A DNA stretch of 64,000 nucleotides from Mobula hypostoma. Lineage: Eukaryota. The stretch is from the NCBI RefSeq assembly GCF_963921235.1, contig NC_086104.1, forward strand, positions 26,164,001 to 26,228,000. Reading direction: 5' to 3'. Shown here one piece after another: positions 38,950 through 49,145 of this stretch. The notes below the pieces were generated by a model. It was not told the DNA's origin. It made no database searches and saw nothing but the letters and a program-made list of their open reading frames with translations. Both the position numbers and the translations under genes were made by a program. Positions within the stretch are counted from its first letter, which is position 1. Every line of letters starts with the position of its first letter.

Positions 38950-39625
38950 AAGTCCAAAGTTCAGAATAAAATTTATTATCAAAGTACATACATGTCACCA
39001 CATACAACCCCGAGATTCTTTTTCTGCAGGCATATTTAGTAAATCTACTGGACAGTAACTGTAAACAGGACCAATGGAAAACAAACTATGCAAACACAAA
39101 TTTAAATAATTAGCAATTAATAACAAGCATGAAATAACAAGATAAAAGAAAGCTTAAATGAGTGCAGTTATCTCCCTTTTAAGAGCCTAATGGTTGAGGG
39201 GTGGTAACTGAGGATCTTGTACCTTCCACATGTTGGCAGCAGCAAGAAAAGAGCATGGCTTGGGTGGTGAGGATCTTTGATGATGGTTGCTAGTTTACTA
39301 CGGCAACATTTCATACCGACGCGCTCAATTGTTGGGAAGGTTTTACCTGTGATGTACTGCGCCAAATTCACTACATCTTGTAGGATTTTCTGCTCAAAAG
39401 TTTTGGTGTTCCCATACCAGGCTGTAATGCAGCCAGTCAGTACACTCTCCATCACACATCTATGGAAGTTCGTCAACGTTTTTGATGACATCTGCATCTC
39501 TGCAAACTCCTGAGGAAGTAGAGGCACTGTCGTGCTTCCTTTGCAATTATATTAACATGATGGGTACAGGACAGGTCCTCTGAGATAGTGACAGCCAGGA
39601 ATTAAGGTTACTGACCTTCTCCAAA
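38950..39625 (-). mobile_element. Rex1/Babar-like LINE 3' fragment
   Basis: FHRCVMESVLTGCITAWYGN...IIKDPHHPSHALF. Confidence 0.85.
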
Positions 39626-39833
39626 TTATGTGTGGTTATTTGAGTTACTGCAACCTTTCTGTCAGCTTGAACCAGTCTGCCAATTCTCCTCTGACCTCTC
39701 GCATTAACAAGGCATTTTTACCCACAGAACTGCTGTTCACTAGATGTTTTTTTGTTTATTGCACCATTTTCTGTAAATTCTAGAGAGTGGTGTGTATGAA
39801 AATTCCAGGAGCTCAACAGTTTTTGAAATACTC

Positions 39834-40800
39834 AAAGTTCAAAGTAAATTTATTACCAAATTACATATATCTCACCATATACAACCTGGAGATTCATTTT
39901 CTTGCAGGCATTCTCAGAAAATCCAAGAAACATAATGAAAGACCGCTCCCAACAGGATGGACAAACAACCAATGTGCAAAAGACAGAAAACCATGCCAAA
40001 TACGAAAGAAAAAAAGAAATAATAGTAATAAATAAATAAGCAATAAATAACAAGAACCATGAGATATAGAGTCCTTGAAAGTGAATCCAGTTCATTGAGA
40101 CTAGTTAAGTTTTGGGGCGAGTAAAGTTGAGTGAAGTTATCCACTCTGATTCAAGAGTCTGATGGTTGAGGGGTAATAACTGTTCCTGAGCTTGGAGCTG
40201 TGGGTCCCGAAGCTCTTGTACCTTCCCCCGAAGGCAGCAGTGAGAAGAGTGCATCACCGGGGTGGTGGGTGTCCCTGATGATGGATGCTGCTTTCCTGTG
40301 AAAGCACTCTATATAGAAGTGCTGAATGGCGGGGAGAGCTTTACCCATGATGGACTGGGCTGTTTCCAGCACTTTTTGTAGGCTTTTTCATTCAAGGGAA
40401 TTGATGTTTCCATACCAGGCCATGGTGCAATCAGTCAATATACTCTCTACCAGACATCTATAGATGTTTGTCAAAGTTTTATATGTCATGACAAATCTTT
40501 GCAAACTTCTAAAGTACAGGCATGCCATGCTTTCTTCACAATTGCACTTATGTGCTAGGTGCAGGACAGATCCTCTGAAATGATAACACCAAGGTATTTA
40601 AAGTTGCTGACCCTCTCCACCTCTGATTCTCCTGATGAGTACTGGCTCATGAACCTCCAGTTTCCTCCTCCTGTGGTCAATAATCAGCTCCTTGGTCTTG
40701 CTGATATTGAGTGAGAGATTGCTGTTGTGGCACCACTATTCAGCCAGATTTCAATGTCTCTCCTTTCTGCTGATACATCACCTCCTTTGATTTTGGCCAA
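39834..40800 (-). mobile_element. Rex1/Babar-like LINE 3' fragment
   Basis: RKAASIIRDTHHPGDALFSLLPSG; (TTTGAAC)n tail. Confidence 0.85.
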
Positions 40801-41778
40801 ACCTCCCTGTCTGGCACTATCAATCACTTCACCATCAAGGTCACTTAGATCACATTTCTTTCCCGTTCTGATGGTTGGTCTGAACAACAACTGAAAGTCT
40901 TAACCATGTCTTCACGCTTTTAAGCATTGAGTTGCTGCCACATGATTGTCTGATTAGATATTGCATTAATGAACAAGTGTACCTAATTTAGTGGCCACTG
41001 AGTGTATATGAAAGGCAGACATGATGACAGAATAATATTTGCACTTTGCATTTTCCAATTACTGCATTGCATTAGACCTTCTTCCTCTAAAAAGTAAACA
41101 GTAATCTGATTTGACAATTGTAGTAACCAGCATCCCTGCATACTAAATGATATTTTCATTCTTAGAAGGTGAGTGTATTGCGTTTATAAAGTAGGGCGAC
41201 TCTAAGCTAAATGAGAATAAAGTAGAGAAGCCGCAGGAGGAATGTAACAGGTCAGCCAGCATCTACGGAAAGGAGTAAAGAGCTTATCAGGTTCCTCCAG
41301 AATTGTGTGTGTGTAACTCTGGACTGCCGACATCTGCTAAATCTCTTGTGTTGATAAAGTACAGATTCAGAAACAATGGGTAAGAAACTACTACTGTCTT
41401 CAAATTCTCCAGCCATACAGCATACTGATTTCTAGTTTATCGTCATAGGCATGCATACACAGGACATAATTGCAGTGGAAATTTGCTTATGCAGCAACAG
41501 CACAGTATATTACAAATACAAGCTAACATAAATTATACATAATTTAAATGACAAAAATAAATCAAATAAATATAATAATATTAATGCATCACTATAAAGT
41601 AATAAGACTAATTTTATTATTAATTCTAGTTCTCTCGTCATGAATCCTTTGTCCTCATGGTTATTAAAATATATCAAATTGTGCCTGCCTTAACTTAATT
41701 TCTGGAGAATGTTGATAGGTGTGGGAGTTTGTTGGTTTCTTTTCTCTTAGGTGGGGCTGTGACTTAATTGCTAAAGAG

Positions 41779-41988
41779 ACTAGTGGTATAACTTTGATCA
41801 GTGATTCATCATTAACACTTTATTTTCATTAATCAAACAAAAACTTTTAAAATATGCTAAAATCTGTTGAAATTCTACAAATTGGACACACTGCAGGGAA
41901 TGAGTTAGGATCAGATGTTAAAGTGAATCCTGCAAAATATCTGAGTGCTTCCTGGTGCTGTCTAATGGGAAAAAATGTCTATTATTTT
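41779..41988. repeat. Direct repeat copy 1 (~210 bp) left of the Gypsy element
   Basis: Aligns with 45081-45292, sharing for example ctgcagggaatgagttaggatcagatgttaa and gtgaatcctgcaaaa. Confidence 0.9.
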
Positions 41989-44900
41989 TGAACCTGCGGG
42001 ATAGGGGCAACGGGCCAACCAAATACACATTCACGTGGTCGAAACGCTGCTCAGGGACGGTGAAAAGAGTTAAAGGAGCCGTGACGTGTCAATGCATCTT
42101 TGCGTGTTGACATGCCAAACAAGCACTAGTCCCATCCCTGACATCCTTCTTAAGCCCGTGCCACACAAACTTTTCTGTCACCAGTTTCCGCCCTCTGGCC
42201 CGAGTAAGAAAGCCGGTGGACTCGCCACCACAAGCTCGCTGCCACAACCAGCCTGGGTCGCCTCATTGACACATCACACAGTAGTAACACGCCGCTGTCA
42301 CTGAAAGTAACGTCCACCAATTTCAACCCCGTGTCTGTCGAATGCAGCGCCTGCATGCTCGTGTCCAAAACCTGGTCTGCTACCCTCTGAACGTAGTCCA
42401 CGCCCAGATGGACAGCACCAGTGAAGGACCGGGAAAGGCAGTCAGCCACTAGGTTATGCTTCCCTGCAACATGCTGGACGCCCGTGGTGAACTCTGAAAT
42501 GAAAGAAAGATGGCGCTGCTGTTGAACAGACTGCGGTTCAGAGACCCTAGCCATGGCGAATATGAGGGGCTTATGATCCACAACAGCCATAAATGGACGG
42601 CCCTCTAGGAGAAAACGAAAACACCACACTGCCAAGCACAGACTGAGAACCTCACAGTCGAATGTGCCGTATTTGCGCTCGCGCAGTTGAAGCTTATGGC
42701 CAAAAAAGGAGAGAGGCTGCCAAACGCCGTTGACCAACTGTGCCGAGGGGGTGCACCAGCAGTGTTGCATTAGCTAATGCCTGTTTAGTGTCCGAGAATG
42801 CCTTGAACCTTTCCTCCATGACGTGCTTGGCTGCTTTGCCCTTAAGGGCCTCTTAGAGGGGGCACATGAGCTGATCTACTTTGGGAACAAAATGGTGATA
42901 AAAGTTCACCATGCCCAAAAACTCCTTCAGGACCTTAACGGTGACTGGCCGAGGAAAACGCTTAATGGCCTCAACTTTAGCCAGGAGGGGCCTGCCCCTG
43001 CTACATTGACGCGGTGTCCGAGGAAATTGACCACGGATAGTCTAAACTGGCACTTCACCGGATTCACAATAAGACCATGCTGACTAAAGCATTTGAAAAG
43101 GGTTCTCAAGTGTAAGAGATGTTCATCACTAGAAGAACTGCGACCAAAATGTCATCTAGGTAAACAAACAAGAATGGCAAATCCCTGAGAACACTGTCTA
43201 TGAGGCACTGGAAGGTCTGGGCTGCGCTCTTCAGCCTGAATGGCATTCGAAGGAACTCAGACACACCAAACAGTGTAATAACAGCAGTTTTAGGAATGTC
43301 ACTTGGGTGGACAGGGACCTGGTGATAACCGCGAATGAGGTCCACCTTTGAAAAAATAACTTTCCCTGCCGGGTGGGCAGAAGAATCCAGGATGCACAGG
43401 ATCCGGAATTGGTCAGGAGTCGTGGCATTGTTGAGGCAGTGGTAATCCTCACATGGACCCCACCCACCACCCGGTTTTCGCACGATGTGGAGAGCGGAAG
43501 CCCATAAACTGCTCGACCGCCTGATGATACCTAGGTGCTCCACAGCATCAAACTCAGCCTTGGCGACAGCTAGTTTCTCCGGATCAGGGTGCCTGGTGCG
43601 GTTGTGCACAGGCGAGCTGATGGTGAGGGTGTGGTGCTGCACCCCGTGTTTAGTGGTAAAGGAGGAGAAGGTGGGCTCGGTCAGGTCCAGGAACTTAGCG
43701 AGGAGGCGGAGGAAGTCGTCGGAGGCGTAAAGGGCACTGGACAACTTTGAAGTGCCGGTGGTGCTGAGTGTGCCGGAGAGGGGGGAGGGGGTAGGAAGTC
43801 TCTGCATTGACAAGGCCCCGGTTCTGGACATCAATGAGAAAGCTGTAGGCAGAAAGGAAGTCGGTGCCCAGCAGGAGTGTAGACGCTGCTGCCAACACAA
43901 GATTCCAGCTGAACTTCTGCCCGCTGAAGCACAATGCCATCTTACGCTTAGCAAGAGTCTGAATGGTGCTGCCGTTCGCAGCCTTAAGAGATGGTCCATA
44001 TTACCTAGTTTGTATGTCCAATTTAGATGTGGGTAGGACACTCATCTGAGAGCCCGTGTCACAGAGGAAATGGCGCCTTGAAACAGAGTTTGTAGTGAAC
44101 AACAGACTGCCTGACCTGCCGACGCCCATAGCAGCTAACGGGCGCTGGCCGTCGTTTCCAGACTCCTTGAACTCGCAGGGTGGGCGGCACACCTTAGCTC
44201 CAGGCCCAAACCTCACGTGGTAGAAACACAGGGTAGGAAACCGTCGTTGAGCCGCGGAGGTTGTTTCATGTTCAGGAGGCGGCAAGGCTGCGAACTCATC
44301 CAGCCGCATAGCTGCACAGGCCCTCTTGGTGAAGGAAAACACTTCGTCAGCCTCTCTCGTTAGAGCCCGGAGGTCTTTGAGGGGAGAGCCAGCCAGAGCC
44401 AACCGCACCTCGCCCGGTAGTTGTTGCAGGAAAGGCTCTCTGAAGATGAAAAACAGCTGGTATCCGCCAAGGAGGGATAACAAGTGGTCCATCAACTCCG
44501 ACGGCTTGGAGTCGCCTAAGTCGGGCAGTGAGAGGAGCCGGCGGGCGTGCTCAGACTCGGAAATTTTGGAAGTCTTGTACCTGCCAACTTCCGGAGGGTG
44601 CTGTAGGACACTCATCATCCTGGTTGCCGTAGAGCAGTCTAACGCTGCAATGACATAGTAATATTTCATATCATCCTGCGAGATTCTCCGCACTGCAAGC
44701 TGGGCCTCTGCCTAAGCAAACCAAACTGCGGCATGCTCTTGCCAGAATTCAGGGAGCTTGAGAGCAAAGGCGTTTGCAGTCATGATTGTAAAATGAGCGA
44801 ATTCACTCCAGAATCATCTGGAGGAATGCTGGGGTCACCAGTATAGGAGTGTCGACAAAAATTGACACAAGTGTAATTACTTCTAACGCACACTTTATTC

Positions 44901-45080
44901 CCTCAGCCAACAAATGACAATGTATATATATAAGAAAAAAGACGCCCCCAAAATGTAATAACATACAGCGTAGCACATAACATAGATGGCAAACTTACCC
45001 CTTAACAGTCTTGGTGAATTCTATCTCATTAAATGTCTCTACACATGCCCCCCAGAATTCACCCTAGCAGACAAAGTCAA
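41989..45080 (-). mobile_element. Gypsy LTR retrotransposon (single LTR, PBS, gag-pol), truncated in integrase
   Basis: LTR about 45043-44842 starting TGTAGAG; PBS TGGTGACCCC (tRNA-Trp-like) at 44840-44831. Gag ALKLPEFWQ; protease FLCDTGSQMSV; RT FSKVDLIRGYHQ...YLDDILV; RH VDHKPL; IN breaks after RFDHVNVYLVGPLP. Confidence 0.92.
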
Positions 45081-45292
45081 ACAAGTAGTATAATTTCCAT
45101 CAGAGATTAGTTATTAACATTTTATTTTCACTAATCAAACAAAAAAGTTTTTAAATATTCTAAAATCTGTTGAAATTCCACAAATTGGACATACTGCAGG
45201 GAATGAGTTAGGATCAGATGTTAAGGTGAATCCTGCAAAACGTCTCAGTGTTTCCTGGTGCCGTCTAATGCGAAAAATTGTCTTTAATTTTC
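45081..45292. repeat. Direct repeat copy 2 (~210 bp) right of the Gypsy element
   Basis: Aligns with 41779-41988. Confidence 0.9.
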
Positions 45293-45699
45293 TAATTCTC
45301 TGTCATCTCAAGAGCATTTGTAACTGCACTACTTTCAGAAATGCACTCAGCAGGATATATTCATTTACAATGCAACTGGGCAGTTGGCCACCTACCAAAG
45401 ATAAATGTAAAGAGCTTGCTGAAACTAAAGCAGAAAATGTTGGCAATTTTCAGCAATTCTGGCAGAATCTGTGAAGAGAGGATCTGAGTTAATGTTTCAG
45501 GTTAATAAACTTTCATCATAACTCTGATTCTGAACAATATTCTAATGAAAGGTCATCAACGTGCAAATGTTAACTCTCTTTCTCTCTCCACATCTGCTGT
45601 CTGACCAGCTGGGTATTTTCAACATCTGAAGCATTTTGCTTTAGTTCCGCTCCATAAATTATTTTCTTGATTCCCTGACCTGTCCTTTCCTGGCAGGAA

Positions 45700-46350
45700 G
45701 GAGCTGCACCACAGGATATGACGGACATCAAGATCATTACCCTCTAGAGAAGAACCTGTAACAACCACAGTGGTGTCTCCCTTTTCTCGGCAAAGTCTTC
45801 GCCCAAGTCTTCTTGGTCCGATTACAGAAGTTGGCTGAATGTGTCTACCTGGAGGCACAGAGTGGCTTCCGTACTGGAAGGTCAACTGTGGACATGATTT
45901 TCTCTCTCCTCCAACTCTAGGAGAAATGCAAAAAAAAAAACCAAAAGAAGCCTCTGCATATTGCATTCATTGACCTCACCAAGGCATGTGAATTGGTCAG
46001 CAGAGGTGGCCTCTTTTAGATCCTCTCTAAGTTAGGCTGCCCATCAAGACTACACAAAATGATCAAATCCTTCCACAACTACATGAAGGGAACTGTGCAG
46101 TAGAACAGCAGCTCTTCGGAGAACTTTGACATAAGCAGCGGCATTAAGCAGGACTGTGTTCTTGCCCCAGTCTTCTTTGCTTTGTCCTGAGGCACGTATT
46201 TGGCATTGTATTTGGTATAACTCCATACTAGTTCAGATGACTGGCTTTTTAACCACGTCCACCTGAGAGCCAAAGCCAAAGTGTGCAAGGCTAGGATGGG
46301 AGACTTGCTGTTTGCCGATAATATAGCAGCCACAACCCACACTCCGCAGT
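45700..46350 (+). mobile_element. RTE-clade LINE RT fragment, decayed
   Basis: PQDMTDIKIITL...CNNHSGVSL...LHIAFIDLTKA...SGIKQDCVLAP...DLLFAD. Confidence 0.85.
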
Positions 46351-46964
46351 AGCTCAAAACTCAAAACACACAGACTGAATAAAATGTTTGACTTCATGGA
46401 AGTAACTAATTCTGATATGAAGGTGGTCATTACAGCAAAGAGCTCATACTACTTGCATATTTATAAATGTTGGGCTATCCCAGTAAAATTCATCTTTAAA
46501 CTGGCAAGGAGATCCATGTTCTGTTGTGTCTATATGAATTACCTCAATTTCAAATCACGGGGTTTACAATTAAGACTTTCTGGTTTGGAAGAAAAACTTT
46601 GCAAAGGTTCAAATGGCTGACAATTGCTCGGAATTCCTATGTACGGATTCATAAAAAATATAGAACACAACTAAAGGTGGCACTGTATTTGTTTCAGACA
46701 TAAGCAGATGTTCTCATCGAACTGAATAAAAATTACAGTGGTTCAAGCATCTCCAAAGTTGTAATACTTTCTGTTTCATTATAAACAATCTTATTTTCAA
46801 TGACAGCATGTAACGAGGTAAAGAGATATGTGGAAAAGGAAAGTAATGCACAGCATTGAAGGAAATTGAAAAAATTAAGATTTTTTTTAATGCTACAAAA
46901 CTAAAGCTATAATATGTTAAAATAGTCCGTGGCTAAGAGCTTTATACTGAGGATCAGCTTAACC

Positions 46965-47090
46965 GGGCCTGAAGAAGGGTTTCAGCCTGAAATGTCGACT
47001 CTTTTCCACAGATACTGCCTGACTTGTTGAGTTTCTCCAGCATTTTGTGTGTGGCTTTGTACTTCCAGCATCTGCAGACTTTCTCTGGTT
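46965..47090 (+). mobile_element. Penelope-derived repeat with hammerhead motif
   Basis: CTGAAGA-AGGGTTTCAGCCT-GAAA-TGTC-GACT plus the family body. Confidence 0.7.
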
Positions 47091-47689
47091 TAAGCTTAAC
47101 GACATTGTTGGGAATAGTGAGTGGTTTATTCTATGTTGTCGCTGCTGATACTGGGCATCTAAAAGTAAATGTGTTTGGTTCCTTTCTCTATCATCTGTGC
47201 CTCTTTTCATGGAAAATTCAGAGGTTAAAACCTTGATTGAAGCAAGGTTAAAGGGTATTTATGGGACAGAATATTTTGCTACTGGACAGTGTCAAGTATT
47301 TTCTATTGTCCTCCTCTGAGATATTTATGATGATAAACACAAGAAATTACTGTTAAACTTTCACACCTCAACAATTTTTCCAATTATACATCAGGGACAG
47401 AGGCTTTCACATGCTGTGTACAGACGGAAAGGTTTGTGAGGGCAATTGATTTGAGCAGCAGAAGCTTATATGACCATTGAGCCTGCTTCTCTACTTAAGC
47501 TCATGACTGATCTGATCTTTGCTTCAACTATACATCGCAGCTTATTCCCTAAAATTCTAGCTTTCCCTGTATTTTAAACAATTGACTAGACCTTGAATAT
47601 ATTCAGCCTTCACAGTTCTCTGGGGTAGAAAATTCCAATGGTTCGAGACTCTTTTGAGTAGAGCTACTAGGACTTGATGTTTCAATCCC

Positions 47690-48112
47690 TATGGTAAGTT
47701 GGCACTCTCAATGTTGGCAGTGGGTTTGGAGTGGTGACAAGGAGGGAGGGTAGATACATCATCGGGATCATCAGGTGGGCACCCTCCTTCTTTGACGTTT
47801 CATTGATAAGCCCAGGACATCTCCAGTGGGCTCAACGGTGCCACCTGGCATTCCAGATACACCCCCCTCAGTTCCATACCCTCCTGTCTTCATCTTGCAG
47901 CCCAGTTGTTGTCTTTCCTTTTAATCCAAATCCAATTGCTGCTTTCTTCTGCTGCATTTGACAAGGACTTGATTGCTTGTTGGAGGGAATGACCCCTCAC
48001 CCCCACCTTCTTCAATAGACTGGTCGTAGATGTAGCAACAAATCCCCTGCATCCCACTTCTACAGGGAAAATCTTGGTCTTCCAGCCATTCTGGGCAGCT
48101 TCAGTTGCCATA
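47690..48112 (-). mobile_element. Hero/R2-group non-LTR retrotransposon 3' end (restriction-like endonuclease tail)
   Basis: GWKTKIFPVEVGCRGFVATSTTSLL...AAEESSNWIWIKR, followed by a 3' UTR. Confidence 0.75.
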
Positions 48113-48139
48113 GAGAAGAACTTGGTCCTTTACTCCTAA

Positions 48140-49145
48140 ACCCCTTTTCTTACCTCCATTCAAAACCTCCAATAGTCCTTCCAGGTGAAGGAATATTTAC
48201 CTGCGAGTCTCTCAGAGTCGTCTACTGCATCTGGTGCTCCTGGTGTGGCCTCCTCTACATCAGTGAGACCTAATGGAAACTGAGGGACTGCCTCATTGAG
48301 CACCTTCACTTTGTCTGCCACAAAAGGTAGCATTTTGTGGTGACTATAATTCCTTTTCCAATTCTGACATGTCAGTCCATGGCCTTCTCTACTGCCACAA
48401 TGAGTCTATACTCAAGTTGGAGGAGTAATACCTCATATTCTCGCAAACACGAGGAAATCTGCAGATGCTAGAATTTCAAGCAACACACATAAAAGTTGCT
48501 GGTGAACGCAGCAGGCCAGGCAGCATCTCCAGGAAGAGGTACAGTCAACGTTTCAGGCCGAGACCCTTCGTCAGACCTGATGAAGGGTCTCGGCCTGAAA
48601 TGTTGACTGTACCTCTTCGTAGAGATGCCGCCTGGCCTGCTGCGTTCACCAGCAACTTTTATACTTCATATTCTGGCTGGTTAATCTCTGTATGGCAATG
48701 ATGGCATGACTATCAATTTCTCTAACTTCCAGTAATTTCATCCCCCTCCCCTTCCCTCTTTTTCCATTCCTCATTCTGGCTCCCCTCTTATCCTTCTCCA
48801 TACATGTCCCTCACCTCCCTTTGGTGCCCCTCCTCCTTCCCTTTCTCACATGGTCCTCTGTCCTCTCTATCGGATTCCTTATTCTTCAGTCCTTTACCTC
48901 TTTCACCTATCATCTCCCAGCCTTTTACTTCATCCTTCTCCCCCTCATTTGGCTTCACTTATCACCTTCCAGCTTGCACTCCTTCCTCTCTCCCCACGTT
49001 CCACCTACATTTCCAGTCCTGATGAAGGGCATTGGCCTGTAGCGATGACTCTCTGTATATTCTGCATGACCTGCTGAGTTTTTCCAGAATTTTGTGTGTG
49101 TTGCCCTGGATTTCCAGTTTCTGCAGAATTTCTGATGTTTATGTT
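48140..49145 (+). mobile_element. Penelope-like element 3' part (GIY-YIG endonuclease remnant plus pLTR)
   Basis: FQVKE-(fs)-TCESLRVVYCIWCSWCGLLYISET...LIEHL matches the GIY-YIG CCHH pattern. A pyrimidine-rich tract and a decayed hammerhead follow at 49014-49050. Confidence 0.8.
48442..48660. mobile_element. Palindromic Penelope-derived insert with back-to-back hammerhead motifs
   Basis: 84-bp inverted arms (48491-48574 / 48577-48660, 5 mismatches); 14-bp TSD ATACCTCATATTCT/ATACTTCATATTCT. Confidence 0.88.

Larger units (their letters stand above)
38123..41004 (-). mobile_element. Tc1/mariner deletion derivative split by nested Rex1/Babar insertions
   Basis: TA|CACTCATTGGCCACTTTATTAGGTAC ... 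GTACCTAATTTAGTGGCCACTGAGTG|TA. The pieces (38123-38250, 39628-39833, 40801-41004) are colinear with the copy at 59247. HTH remnant GKKCDLSDLD. Confidence 0.8.

Noticed and set aside
41779-45292. Flanking direct repeats as the Gypsy LTR pair
   Set aside because: No TG..CA ends; the PBS adjoins a different sequence (44842-45043); integrase is cut at the left repeat.
46543-46636. Possible RGS7 cassette exon (atag|GAATTC...GAG|gtaatt, minus strand)
   Set aside because: Weak pyrimidine tract, an in-frame stop and no resemblance to known RGS6/RGS7 peptides.
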